Assembly: GCA_964345765.1 (NCBI GenBank)
Contig: CAYFSJ010000001.1
Span: 10,509-74,508, forward strand
DNA from: an uncultured Erysipelothrix sp.
GTDB taxonomy: Bacteria; Bacillota_I; Bacilli_A; Erysipelotrichales; Erysipelotrichaceae
Direction: 5' to 3'
DNA length: 64,000 nt
Shown: in pieces, positions 29,513-39,100 of the stretch
Position numbering within the stretch: the stretch's first letter is position 1
How the letters are laid out: the number at the start of each line of letters is the position of its first letter
Translations under genes and position numbers: made by a program
The notes under the pieces: model-generated
What the model was told of the DNA's origin: nothing
What the model saw: the letters and a program-made list of their open reading frames with translations, nothing else
The model's database searches: none

Positions 29513-30943
29513 ATGAGAAATGATTGGATATTACCAAATTTAGAAGATGCTCGAAAAAGAAAAGATAATGTTCATATCTTATACGATAATTTTCATTTAA
29601 CCCCCCAACAAGAAGCGTTGGGTCACAATAAAAAGTACTTAATTAAAACCTATGGCTGTCAAGCTAATGAGCGAGATTCAGAAACACTCGCTGGAATATT
29701 AGAAGCCATGGGTTATACCTTAACTCAAGATAATCAAGAAGCCGATGTAATTTTACTAAATACTTGTTCAATTAGAGAGAATGCCAACAATAAAGTTTTT
29801 GGTGAAATTGGCTCTCTTAAACATATCAAAACCAACAATCCAGATGTTATTATTGGTGTTTGTGGCTGTATGACTCAAGAGGAAGTCATTGTTAAGAAGA
29901 TTTTAAAGACCTATCCTCAAGTTGATTTAATTTTTGGAACTCACAATTTACATCGATTACCTGATCTTTTGTATCATGCTCACTTCTCAAAGGAGAGAAC
30001 CGTTGAAGTCTTTTCAAAAGAAGGTGATATTATTGAGAATTTACCAGCTCAACGATTCAATAAAATCAAGGCTTGGGTCAATATCATGTATGGTTGTGAT
30101 AAATTTTGTACCTATTGTATCGTTCCATTTACAAGAGGAAAAGAACGCTCACGCTTAGTCGAAGATATCGTTGAAGAAGTGAATGATTTAAAACAACATG
30201 GCTATAAAGAAGTCACTTTATTAGGACAAAATGTAAATGCCTATGGAAAAGACTTAAAAATTGACGATGGCTTTGCGTATTTATTAGAACAAGTAGCCTT
30301 AACTAACATAGAGCGTATTCGTTTCACCACTTCACATCCTTGGAATTTCACGGATAAGATGATTGATACCATTGCTAAATATGACAATATAATGCCTTAT
30401 ATTCATTTACCACTTCAAAGTGGAAATGATGACGTTTTACGAAAGATGGGACGTCGATACACTGTTAAATCGTATTTAGAAGTATTTGATAAGATTAAAG
30501 AGACGATACCACGTGTGTCTGTCTCAACTGATATTATTGTTGGTTTCCCAAATGAAACCGATCAGCAGTTTCAAGATACTTTGGACGTATTTAATTACTG
30601 TCAATACGACAATGCTTATACCTTCATCTATAGTCCAAGAACCGGGACACCTGCGGCAGTCTTAGAAGATAGTATCGATATGGACACAAAAAAGAAACGA
30701 TTAGCAGAGTTGAATGTGTTAGTTAAGAAGTATTCATTACAAAACAATCAACAATACTTAGGTGAAGTCGTTGATGTACTAGTTGAGGGTCCATCTAAAA
30801 AAGATCCATCAATCTTTACAGGCTATTCACCCCAACAAAAGTTAGTCAACTTCAGTGCTAAGCATGCTGAGGTTGGAAGTATTGTTAAAGTGAAGATAAA
30901 TGAAGTTAAAACTTGGTTTTTAAAAGGGCAGTTAGTAGAATAA
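29513..30943 (+). CDS. miaB: tRNA-2-methylthio-N6-dimethylallyladenosine synthase MiaB
   Basis: UPF0004 domain (TYGCQANERDSE), radical-SAM CDKFCTYCIVP and a C-terminal TRAM domain. Confidence 0.9.
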   Translation: MRNDWILPNLEDARKRKDNVHILYDNFHLTPQQEALGHNKKYLIKTYGCQANERDSETLAGILEAMGYTLTQDNQEADVILLNTCSIRENANNKVFGEIGSLKHIKTNNPDVIIGVCGCMTQEEVIVKKILKTYPQVDLIFGTHNLHRLPDLLYHAHFSKERTVEVFSKEGDIIENLPAQRFNKIKAWVNIMYGCDKFCTYCIVPFTRGKERSRLVEDIVEEVNDLKQHGYKEVTLLGQNVNAYGKDLKIDDGFAYLLEQVALTNIERIRFTTSHPWNFTDKMIDTIAKYDNIMPYIHLPLQSGNDDVLRKMGRRYTVKSYLEVFDKIKETIPRVSVSTDIIVGFPNETDQQFQDTLDVFNYCQYDNAYTFIYSPRTGTPAAVLEDSIDMDTKKKRLAELNVLVKKYSLQNNQQYLGEVVDVLVEGPSKKDPSIFTGYSPQQKLVNFSAKHAEVGSIVKVKINEVKTWFLKGQLVE

Positions 30944-30953
30944 CTGCTTTTTT
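30928..30953 (+). terminator. Intrinsic terminator overlapping the miaB stop codon
   Basis: GCAGTTA - GTAGAA - TAACTGC followed by T6. Confidence 0.7.
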
Positions 30954-30990
30954 AGTGTATAATAATATAGTAAGTTTTGGAGGCAATATA

Positions 30991-32649
30991 ATGGAAAAAG
31001 TAAAAGTAATGACCCTAGGCGGATTAGATGAGGATGGTCGTAATTTAACCATTGTCGAAGTAGACGATAAGATTGTTGTCATTGACGCTGGATTAAAATA
31101 CCCTGATCAATCACTCTTAGGAGTAGAAATCATTATCCCAAATTTTTCTTATCTAGTTGAAAGAATAGATAAAATTGTTGGGATTTTCATCACGCACGGA
31201 CACGATGATGTGATGGGTGCATTACCATACTTTATTAAAGAATGTAATGTTCCAATTTATACGGCTCCTTTTACTGCACTCATCATTGAAGACATGATGC
31301 GTCAACATCAAATTACTAAATACACATTAAAGACCATTAAAAGAGAAGATAAACTAAACTTAAAAGGGTTAGAAATTAGAACTTTTGGTTTAACCCATTC
31401 AATCTGTGACACCATTGGGATAGCCATAAAAACAAAGCATGGCTATATAGTCCATGCCAGTGAATATATTATTGACTTTGATCAGAATTTACAATCATTT
31501 GATTGTGACATTACTGAGTTTGCTGAAATTGGAAAAGAAGGGGTCTATATGTTAATGACTGAATCACGTAATAGTGAAAGAGTCGGATTTACTTCTCCTC
31601 GTCATCGTGTTAAAACAGCCTTAGAACCAATTATTCAAGCCAGTGAAGGTCGAGTGGTCATTTCTTTATACCAACAAAATCTATTCAGACTGATTGAAGT
31701 TTTTGAGCTCGCCATTAAATATAAGAAGAAAATTTTCTTTGCCAATGATAATCATAGACCTTATATCAACTATTTAAAGAAACTTAAGTATTATAAACTG
31801 CCAGATAAAATTGAACTTCATCCAAATCAATTTAATAATCATCGGGATGATGTCATTATTGTTGTGGCTGATCAAGGTCCCAATGTCTTTAGATTAATGC
31901 ATTCCATTGCGACAGGCGACCATGCTTCTATTTTATTAAAACAATCCGATACAGTCATTATTGCATCACCAGTGGTTGCTGGTACTGAACGTGATGCAGC
32001 GCGTATGCAAAACGAACTATTTAAGGATGGTGTCAGTGTTGTTAACTTATCGCGTGAACAATTCTTAACCATGCATCCATCTTCAGAGGATTTAAAGATG
32101 ATGTTAACGATGTTTAAACCAACTTATTATATTCCACTTAAAGGGGAGTATCGTCAATTGATTGAGAACGCGAATTTAGCGCTTAACCGTGGTTATCACG
32201 CAACCAATATTATTGTTTTAGATAATGGTCAAATCGCTCAATTTAAAGATGGCCAAATGGAAGCTATGAGTGAATTCATCGATATTGAAGATGTTTTAAT
32301 CGATGGAAAAGAATCACTGGATTCAACAGGACTTGTACTTAGAGATCGTGAGATTTTAGCCACCGATGGAACATTTATTGTTGGTATTGTGATTAATCAC
32401 CAAACCAAAGAGATTTTAGGTGGACCGGATGTCCAATCAAGAGGTGTTATCTATCTTAAAGATGCGGATTATGTCGTAAAAGAATGTGGTCACATATTAG
32501 AAAATGTTATTAATAAAGCCGTTGAAGAAAATCGTTACGATAATATTTCAGCTCGAAATGAAGCCAGAGAACAAATGAGTAAATATGTTTTAAAAATGAC
32601 AGGAAAGAAACCAATGATTCTACCAGTAATTATTGAGATAAATGCTTAA
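30991..32649 (+). CDS. rnj: Ribonuclease J (beta-CASP metallo-beta-lactamase family), with a non-canonical motif II (J2-like)
   Basis: MTLGGLDEDGRN...VIDAGLKYPD...IIIPNFSYL...ITHGHDDVMG. ATG 30991 after GGAGG is preferred over the ORF-track start 30913. Confidence 0.88.
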   Translation: MEKVKVMTLGGLDEDGRNLTIVEVDDKIVVIDAGLKYPDQSLLGVEIIIPNFSYLVERIDKIVGIFITHGHDDVMGALPYFIKECNVPIYTAPFTALIIEDMMRQHQITKYTLKTIKREDKLNLKGLEIRTFGLTHSICDTIGIAIKTKHGYIVHASEYIIDFDQNLQSFDCDITEFAEIGKEGVYMLMTESRNSERVGFTSPRHRVKTALEPIIQASEGRVVISLYQQNLFRLIEVFELAIKYKKKIFFANDNHRPYINYLKKLKYYKLPDKIELHPNQFNNHRDDVIIVVADQGPNVFRLMHSIATGDHASILLKQSDTVIIASPVVAGTERDAARMQNELFKDGVSVVNLSREQFLTMHPSSEDLKMMLTMFKPTYYIPLKGEYRQLIENANLALNRGYHATNIIVLDNGQIAQFKDGQMEAMSEFIDIEDVLIDGKESLDSTGLVLRDREILATDGTFIVGIVINHQTKEILGGPDVQSRGVIYLKDADYVVKECGHILENVINKAVEENRYDNISARNEAREQMSKYVLKMTGKKPMILPVIIEINA

Positions 32650-34901
32650 TGAGTAAAAAGAAAAAAACAACTAGACGAAAGCAACAAAAATCATCAGAAC
32701 TTTCACCAGCCATTGGCTTGATTGTTGCGCTAAGTGTCATTGTCCTATCCATGATAGGACTTTTAGAGTTTGGTTTATTTGGAACCATCATTTCATCAAT
32801 CTTTCGAGTCTTATTTGGTGATTGGCCAATTCTCTTTTTCTCACTTTTAATCATTGGAAGCATTGTTTGGATACTTTATAAACAAGAAATAAAAATGAAC
32901 ACACGACTGATTTTAGGGATAGTTTTACTATTTATTGCCTTTGAAGTTTTTTTAGTGTTAATTAATGGTAATGATTTAAAAGGATGGGCAGTCTTTGATC
33001 AATTCTTTAAATCAATTGATGGCATCTTTAATCGGACAGCCTCCGCCCAAGGTGGATTATTTGGTGCATTATTCTATACTTTATTCTCTTGGTTATTTGA
33101 TCATGGAGGAACGATATTAATTACCATCTTATTAGCGTTAAGTGGAACTATTTTATTGATGTATTCAAAAGTTAATAAACTTCAAGAAACGATTTGGTCC
33201 AGAGAGAAACCCGTTAAAAAACTTGTTAAGAAACCTTCGGCTAAAAAACTAAAAGAACCAAGTGACGTTTCTAAATTTGATGATGTGATTAATTTTGATC
33301 CTTTACCTGAGTTTGAACCAATTGATATGGCTCAAGCACTTAAGAATGAACAAAAACAAAAACAAGAAAAATCAATGTTTATTGATGTTAGTAAAGAGAA
33401 AGAACAAACTCAAGAGAAAACTTCAACTGATGAAACTGAATCAGTTGCTTCTGAAGAAGAAAATGTTAATTATCAATTACCATCCCTGGATTTATTAGAT
33501 AGACCAAGTGGTCCAACTCGTTCTGCTGCCAATCAAAATGCGGCCGTCTCAAAAGGGGAGCGATTGGTCACTATTTTAGAACAATTTGGGATTGGTACTA
33601 CTTTGGTCAATACTCATATTGGACCTTCGGTGACGAAGTTTGAACTTCGTTTGGATTCAAATGTTAAAGTCAGCCGTTTAGCTTCGTTACAAGATAACTT
33701 AATGATGGAGTTAGCTGTTAAAGAAATACGAATAGAAGCACCAATTCCAGGAATGACTGCGGTTGGGGTTGAGATTCCTAATATTGAAATGACACCAGTT
33801 CGTTTAATAGAATTATTGGATAATGTACCAAATAAACTCAAGGATGAGCGCTTGTTGTTTGCTTTAGGGAAGAACTTAATGGGTCAAAACATGTTTGGTA
33901 CTCTTAATAAAATGCCACACTTGTTGGTGGCAGGGGCGACAGGTTCTGGTAAATCGGTATCGATTAACTCAATGATTGCGACCATTTTATTAAGAACCAA
34001 ACCAAATCAAGTTAAACTACTATTAATCGATCCTAAGAAAGTTGAATTTCAGGTCTTTAATGATATTCCACATTTAATTGCTCCTGTGATGAGTGATGCC
34101 GTTGAAGCGGCCAAAGCACTTAATGTGGTGGTTCAAATTATGGATAATCGATATGAGATGTTCTCTCAAGAGGGAGCCCGAAATATTGGGAGTTATAACC
34201 AAATGGCTGAGACCAATTTATTACTCACACCGATGCCTCATATTGTTGTTATTATTGATGAATTAGCAGATTTAATGATGGTGGCAGGTAAGGAAGTCGA
34301 AGCGAGTATTCAACGAATCACTCAAAAGGCTCGTGCATCTGGTATTCATTTAGTGGTTGCGACACAACGTCCATCGGTTGATGTTATTACGGGTGTTATT
34401 AAAGCAAACATTCCTAGTCGTATTGCTTTTGCGGTCAGTAGTGGAACTGATTCTCGAACAATTTTGGATAGTGTTGGGGCAGAACGATTACTTGGTTATG
34501 GTGATATGCTCTATCATCCATTAGGTGATCCTAGTCCTACGCGAATTCAAGGGGTCTTTATATCAGATGATGAGGTACTACGAATTGCGAATGAGGCTAA
34601 AAGTCAAATGTCACCGCGCTATGATGATGCCTTTATGAATATGGAAGGCAAAGAGGGGAATGCTGGTTTTGTTGAATCACATGATGATCCATTATATGAA
34701 GAAGTCAAAGAATATGTCATTAGTGAACAAAAAGCGAGTACGTCTTTATTACAACGACGCTTTGGGATTGGCTATAATCGTGCTGCTCGTATGATTGATG
34801 CTTTAGAAGAAGCGGGCATCATTGGTCCTGTTGCTGGTAGTAAGCCTAGAGATGTATATATAAAACCTCAGCCACAAGTTGAGGAGGAGTCAAACTTTTA
34901 G
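32649..34901 (+). CDS. ftsK: DNA translocase FtsK/SpoIIIE
   Basis: N-terminal TM helices, a Lys/Glu-rich linker, motor domain with Walker A GATGSGKS and VVIIDELADLM, and a C-terminal gamma winged-helix (STSLLQRRFGIGYNRAARMID). Confidence 0.95.
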   Translation: MSKKKKTTRRKQQKSSELSPAIGLIVALSVIVLSMIGLLEFGLFGTIISSIFRVLFGDWPILFFSLLIIGSIVWILYKQEIKMNTRLILGIVLLFIAFEVFLVLINGNDLKGWAVFDQFFKSIDGIFNRTASAQGGLFGALFYTLFSWLFDHGGTILITILLALSGTILLMYSKVNKLQETIWSREKPVKKLVKKPSAKKLKEPSDVSKFDDVINFDPLPEFEPIDMAQALKNEQKQKQEKSMFIDVSKEKEQTQEKTSTDETESVASEEENVNYQLPSLDLLDRPSGPTRSAANQNAAVSKGERLVTILEQFGIGTTLVNTHIGPSVTKFELRLDSNVKVSRLASLQDNLMMELAVKEIRIEAPIPGMTAVGVEIPNIEMTPVRLIELLDNVPNKLKDERLLFALGKNLMGQNMFGTLNKMPHLLVAGATGSGKSVSINSMIATILLRTKPNQVKLLLIDPKKVEFQVFNDIPHLIAPVMSDAVEAAKALNVVVQIMDNRYEMFSQEGARNIGSYNQMAETNLLLTPMPHIVVIIDELADLMMVAGKEVEASIQRITQKARASGIHLVVATQRPSVDVITGVIKANIPSRIAFAVSSGTDSRTILDSVGAERLLGYGDMLYHPLGDPSPTRIQGVFISDDEVLRIANEAKSQMSPRYDDAFMNMEGKEGNAGFVESHDDPLYEEVKEYVISEQKASTSLLQRRFGIGYNRAARMIDALEEAGIIGPVAGSKPRDVYIKPQPQVEEESNF

Positions 34902-34926
34902 AATTAACAGAATCTTAACAATAAAA

Positions 34927-34955
34927 TTGACATTAAAGACACAGTTCTTTAAAAT
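34927..34955 (+). promoter_or_regulatory. Sigma-A-type promoter for the nucleoside ABC operon
   Basis: TTGACA (34927-34932) - 17 nt - TAAAAT (34950-34955). Confidence 0.6.
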
Positions 34956-34982
34956 AGAGTTATGACCATACAAGGAGGAAAT

Positions 34983-36170
34983 ATGAAAAAATTATGGACA
35001 TTACTTCTTACTTTGGTATTAGCGTTCGCATTAGTTGCTTGTTCAACTGAACCTACACCAAATACAGATGAAACAACGGATCCAGACACAACTGAAACTG
35101 ATCCAACTACCGATGTAGATGAAACAGAAGAAACTGAAGATGAACCTACTGGTGAATTAACAGATTCAAGTCTTTACCTAATCACTGACGTTGGTACAAT
35201 TGATGACAAATCATTTAACCAAGGTGCTTGGGAAGGTTTAGAAATGTATGCCAAAGAAGTTGGTGTAAAAGCTAACTATATTCAACCATTAGACCAATCT
35301 GATGCTGACTATACAACAGCAATCTCTCAAGCAGTTGATGCTGGAGCAGAAATTATTGTTACTCCAGGTTTCTTATTTGGTAATGTTGTTCTTCAAGCTC
35401 AAGAAAAATATCCAGATGTAAAATTTGTCTTAGTTGACTCTACACCAAATAATGGCGCTGAAGGCGATGCTTATGTAGAAGAAACTGCTGACAACACTGT
35501 CTCAATTCTTTATAAAGAAGAACAAGCTGGATTCTTAGCTGGTTATGCTGCTGTTAAAGAAGGCTTTACTAACTTAGGATTCATGGGTGGTATGGCTGTT
35601 CCTGCAGTTGTTCGTTTCGGATACGGATATGCTGCTGGTGCTGATTATGCTGCAAAAGAAATGGGTGTTGATGTAACCCTTAAATACACTTACCTTAACT
35701 CATTCGGACCAGATCCACAATTCGTAACAATGGCTGGATCTTGGTATAACGAAGGTGTTGAAGTCATTCATGCTGCTGCTGGTGGTGCTGGTAACTCTGT
35801 TATGGCTGCTGCTGAAGAAGCTGATAAATGGATGATTGGTGTCGACATTGACCAAAAAGATGAAAGTCCAAAAGTATTAACTTCTGCTATGAAGAACCTT
35901 AAACTATCAGTTTATGATGCTGTTAAGGGTGCCTTTGAAGGTGAATGGCAAGGTGGAGAAGTTCTAAACCTTGGTGTTGAACATGAAGGGGTTCAAATCT
36001 CTGATGATTTCAGCCGTTTTGAAAATTTCACAGAAGCTGATTATGAAGCAGTTTACCAAGCATTAATTGATGATGCAGATGGATTAGCTTCAAATATCCC
36101 AACTCTTGAGACTACTGATGATCCTTCAACTTTAGAATTTGATAGAGTTACAATCGAAGTCGTTCAATAA
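34983..36170 (+). CDS. BMP-family (PnrA/TmpC-like) ABC transporter substrate-binding lipoprotein, probable nucleoside binding
   Basis: Lipobox LAFALVAC-S, then an acidic Thr/Asp/Glu/Pro tether, then the BMP motif VGTIDDKSFNQGAWEG. ATG 34983 follows AAGGAGG. Confidence 0.88.
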   Translation: MKKLWTLLLTLVLAFALVACSTEPTPNTDETTDPDTTETDPTTDVDETEETEDEPTGELTDSSLYLITDVGTIDDKSFNQGAWEGLEMYAKEVGVKANYIQPLDQSDADYTTAISQAVDAGAEIIVTPGFLFGNVVLQAQEKYPDVKFVLVDSTPNNGAEGDAYVEETADNTVSILYKEEQAGFLAGYAAVKEGFTNLGFMGGMAVPAVVRFGYGYAAGADYAAKEMGVDVTLKYTYLNSFGPDPQFVTMAGSWYNEGVEVIHAAAGGAGNSVMAAAEEADKWMIGVDIDQKDESPKVLTSAMKNLKLSVYDAVKGAFEGEWQGGEVLNLGVEHEGVQISDDFSRFENFTEADYEAVYQALIDDADGLASNIPTLETTDDPSTLEFDRVTIEVVQ

Positions 36171-36286
36171 TTTTATTGAAATATTAGTTCAAAAAGGGCT
36201 GTATAAATGTTCGATCCGAACTGGTAGACACAGCTGAACTGGTTTATAATCTAAATATGATTGTTTCTGCATAAAACAATTATAAC

Positions 36287-36326
36287 AAAAGCCAACTTAT
36301 CTGGAATCAGATTTGTTGGCTTTTTG
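36287..36326 (+). terminator. Intra-operon intrinsic terminator/attenuator between the SBP gene and the ATPase gene
   Basis: AAAAGCCAACTTATCTG - GAAT - CAGATTTGTTGGCTTTT (two internal mismatches), ending in a T-run. Confidence 0.7.
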
Positions 36327-36459
36327 TTTATAACTAAGACTGTTTATTCGTTACAGCCCCTTTTATTATGACAATGAAATTGCTTACAGTAAACGCTTTT
36401 AGTTGTTTAATTAAAGTGATAAATCGGTTATAATAGGCGTAAAGATTAAGGAGATAGAG

Positions 36460-37995
36460 ATGGAATATGTTATCGAAATGTTGAACATTACCAAGGAATT
36501 TCCTGGAATCATCGCTAATGATGATGTTACCCTCAAACTAAGAAAAGGTGAAATACATGCCTTACTTGGTGAGAATGGGGCAGGAAAATCTACATTAATG
36601 TCTGTTTTATTTGGGCTTTATACTCAAGAAAAAGGCATTATTAAAGTCCATGGTAATGAAGTGAAAATTAACAATCCTAATGATGCGAATCGTCTTGGGA
36701 TTGGGATGGTTCACCAACACTTCAAGCTAGTTCAAAATTTTACTGTATTAGAAAATATTGTTTTAGGTGCTGAAGATACACAAAACGGATTATTAAAACT
36801 ATCAGATGCAAGAAAAAAAGTAGTAGAATTATCTGATCGTTATGGTCTAAATGTAAATCCTGATGCACTTATTGAAGATATTTCTGTTGGTATGCAACAA
36901 AGAGTAGAGATTATTAAAATGTTATTTAGGGATAATGAAATTTTAATTTTTGATGAACCAACAGCTGTTTTAACCCCTCAAGAAATTGATGAACTTATGC
37001 TTATTTTCAAACAAATGGTGAGTGAAGGAAAATCAATAATTTTTATCACTCACAAATTAGATGAAATTAAAGCAGTTTCTGATAGAGTCACTGTTTTACG
37101 TAAAGGGAAGTATATTGGTACTGTCGATGTTGCGGATGTAAGTGTTGAACAAATGTCAGAAATGATGGTAGGACGTAAAGTTAATTTAAATTTTACCCTT
37201 GAACCACGTCCTTTAGGTAAGAAAGTCTTATCTGTTAGAAACTTGAGCCTTGAGTCAAAGGGATTTGGTCAAAAGGAATTAAAGAATGTTTCCTTTGACT
37301 TGCATGAAGGAGAAATCCTTTGTATTGCTGGAATTGAAGGAAATGGTCAATCTGAACTGGTTTATGCTATTACAGGATTAATTAAAGATGCTACTGGTAA
37401 GATTATGATTAATGGTGAGGATGTTTCTCATAAGTCCATTCGTTATCGTAATACTCATGGTTTATCTCATATTCCAGAAGATAGACATAAATATGGTTTG
37501 GTCTTAGATTATACTTTAGAAGAAAATATGGTTCTTCAAAATTATTTTGAACCAACTTTTAATAACAATGGATTCTTAAAATTTGATACAATTCGTGATT
37601 ATGCTGAAAAACTAATTACTCAATATGATGTTCGTTCAGGACAAGGACCTATCACCAAGGCACGTTCTATGTCTGGTGGTAACCAACAAAAAGCAATTTT
37701 ATCTAGAGAAATGGAAAGAGATCACAATGTTCTAATTGCGGTTCAACCTACCAGAGGTCTGGATGTTGGTGCTATTGAATACATTCACTCTCAATTAGTT
37801 AAAGCGCGTAATGAAGGAAAAGCTGTCTTATTAATCTCACTTGAATTAAGTGAGGTATTAGGTATCTCTGATCGCATTATCGTTATGTATGAGGGAGAAA
37901 TAGTAGGGGAACTTAATCCTCAACAAACAGATGAAACAGAACTAGGGCTTTATATGTCTGGTGCCAAGAGAAGTGAGGTGTCTTATGGTAACTAA
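36460..37995 (+). CDS. ABC transporter ATP-binding protein with two fused ATPase domains (nucleoside/sugar type)
   Basis: 511 aa. First Walker A GENGAGKST. VGMQQRVEI and FDEPTAVL. Second domain GIEGNGQSE, MSGGNQQK. Confidence 0.92.
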   Translation: MEYVIEMLNITKEFPGIIANDDVTLKLRKGEIHALLGENGAGKSTLMSVLFGLYTQEKGIIKVHGNEVKINNPNDANRLGIGMVHQHFKLVQNFTVLENIVLGAEDTQNGLLKLSDARKKVVELSDRYGLNVNPDALIEDISVGMQQRVEIIKMLFRDNEILIFDEPTAVLTPQEIDELMLIFKQMVSEGKSIIFITHKLDEIKAVSDRVTVLRKGKYIGTVDVADVSVEQMSEMMVGRKVNLNFTLEPRPLGKKVLSVRNLSLESKGFGQKELKNVSFDLHEGEILCIAGIEGNGQSELVYAITGLIKDATGKIMINGEDVSHKSIRYRNTHGLSHIPEDRHKYGLVLDYTLEENMVLQNYFEPTFNNNGFLKFDTIRDYAEKLITQYDVRSGQGPITKARSMSGGNQQKAILSREMERDHNVLIAVQPTRGLDVGAIEYIHSQLVKARNEGKAVLLISLELSEVLGISDRIIVMYEGEIVGELNPQQTDETELGLYMSGAKRSEVSYGN

Positions 37996-39100
37996 ACAAG
38001 TAAAAAGTAAGAAAAAGTTTGATATAAGACCGATTCTTCCTTCTGTTATTTCAATTGTTATTGGGATGATAATTGGAGTCATCGTACTATTCTTATCAAA
38101 TCCTAGTAATGCCTTAGAAGCAACCATCCGTTTATTTAAAGGACCATTCAATTTTGGTCTTTCAAAAGGATTTGGTGATTTACTGTATTATTCAACACCA
38201 ATCTTAATGACCGGTCTTTCTGTAGGGTTCGCCTTTAAAACCGGACTATTCAATATTGGTGCTTCTGGACAATTTATTGTTGGTGCTTTTATCGCAATCT
38301 ATGTTGCTGTAAAATGGACATTTATTCCCGCACCATTATTATGGATTGTGTCAATTTTAATGGCAGCTCTTTTTGGTGCACTTTGGGCCTTTGTAGTTGG
38401 TTGGCTTAAAGCTTGGCGAAATGTTAACGAAGTTATTACTTCCATTATGATGAACTATATTGGGATGTATCTGGTGAACTATTTAATTCGTTCTTGGGGA
38501 ATTTATGATTCTCTTCGTAACCAAACGGTTCGTCCAAGTGTTACAATTCCAGGATTTGGATTAGATAAGATTTTCCCAGGATCATTTGCCAATGGTGGAA
38601 TTGTTATCGCTATCTTCTTTGCGATAGTTATGTATATTATATTAAATAGAACGACTTTTGGTTTTGAATTAAAAGCCGTTGGTTTAAACCGTTTTGCATC
38701 TAGATATGCTGGTGTTAATGAAAACAGAAGCATTATCTATTCTATGTTAATTGCTGGAGCTTTAGCAGGAATGGCAGGGGCATTAACATTCTTAGCTTCT
38801 ACAGGACGTCATATCACAGTGGTTAATACCTTAGCTCCTGAAGGATTTAATGGGATTGCGGTCGCTTTACTAGGACTTAATAATCCAATTGGCATCATCT
38901 TCTCTGCTATGTTTATGTCCTATATTAAACTTGGTGGATTTGCGATTCAAACATTAGGTTTTGTTCCGGAATTAATCGAAATGATGATTGCAGTTATCCT
39001 TTATATTTCTGCTTTATCAGTTTTATTCAATACACTTTTAAGTAAACGAAAAGGTAAGCGAGAACAAATAGTGAAGGAGGGTCCAGTCGTCAATGAATAA
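37985..39100 (+). CDS. ABC transporter permease (BMP/nucleoside system, first subunit)
   Basis: Polytopic. ATG 37985 after GAGGTG is preferred to the ORF-track start 37961. Overlaps the ATPase stop by 11 nt. Confidence 0.85.
   Translation: MVTKQVKSKKKFDIRPILPSVISIVIGMIIGVIVLFLSNPSNALEATIRLFKGPFNFGLSKGFGDLLYYSTPILMTGLSVGFAFKTGLFNIGASGQFIVGAFIAIYVAVKWTFIPAPLLWIVSILMAALFGALWAFVVGWLKAWRNVNEVITSIMMNYIGMYLVNYLIRSWGIYDSLRNQTVRPSVTIPGFGLDKIFPGSFANGGIVIAIFFAIVMYIILNRTTFGFELKAVGLNRFASRYAGVNENRSIIYSMLIAGALAGMAGALTFLASTGRHITVVNTLAPEGFNGIAVALLGLNNPIGIIFSAMFMSYIKLGGFAIQTLGFVPELIEMMIAVILYISALSVLFNTLLSKRKGKREQIVKEGPVVNE

Noticed and set aside
30913-30990. 5'-extended ORF-track starts (for example rnj 30913, ispH 63296, pncB 41898, nptA 54355, plsY 4173, rpsU 50343, HAD 9376, gpsB 23510)
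   Set aside because: In each case an internal ATG with a proper RBS coincides with the normal N-terminus of the family. The extensions overlap terminators, promoters or neighbouring genes.
36240-36290. Possible purine/2'-dG riboswitch in the nucleoside ABC spacer (TTATAAT...ATTATAA flanking a hairpin)
   Set aside because: The enclosed segment is only ~28 nt. It lacks the conserved junction sequences (the UAUNNUGG loop, GUUUCUACC and ACUAU) of purine aptamers.
36368-36433. 21-codon ORF (MTMKLLTVNAFSCLIKVINRL) in the spacer upstream of the ABC ATPase gene
   Set aside because: There is no Shine-Dalgarno sequence upstream, and it overlaps the likely promoter of the ATPase gene. Nothing distinguishes it from chance.
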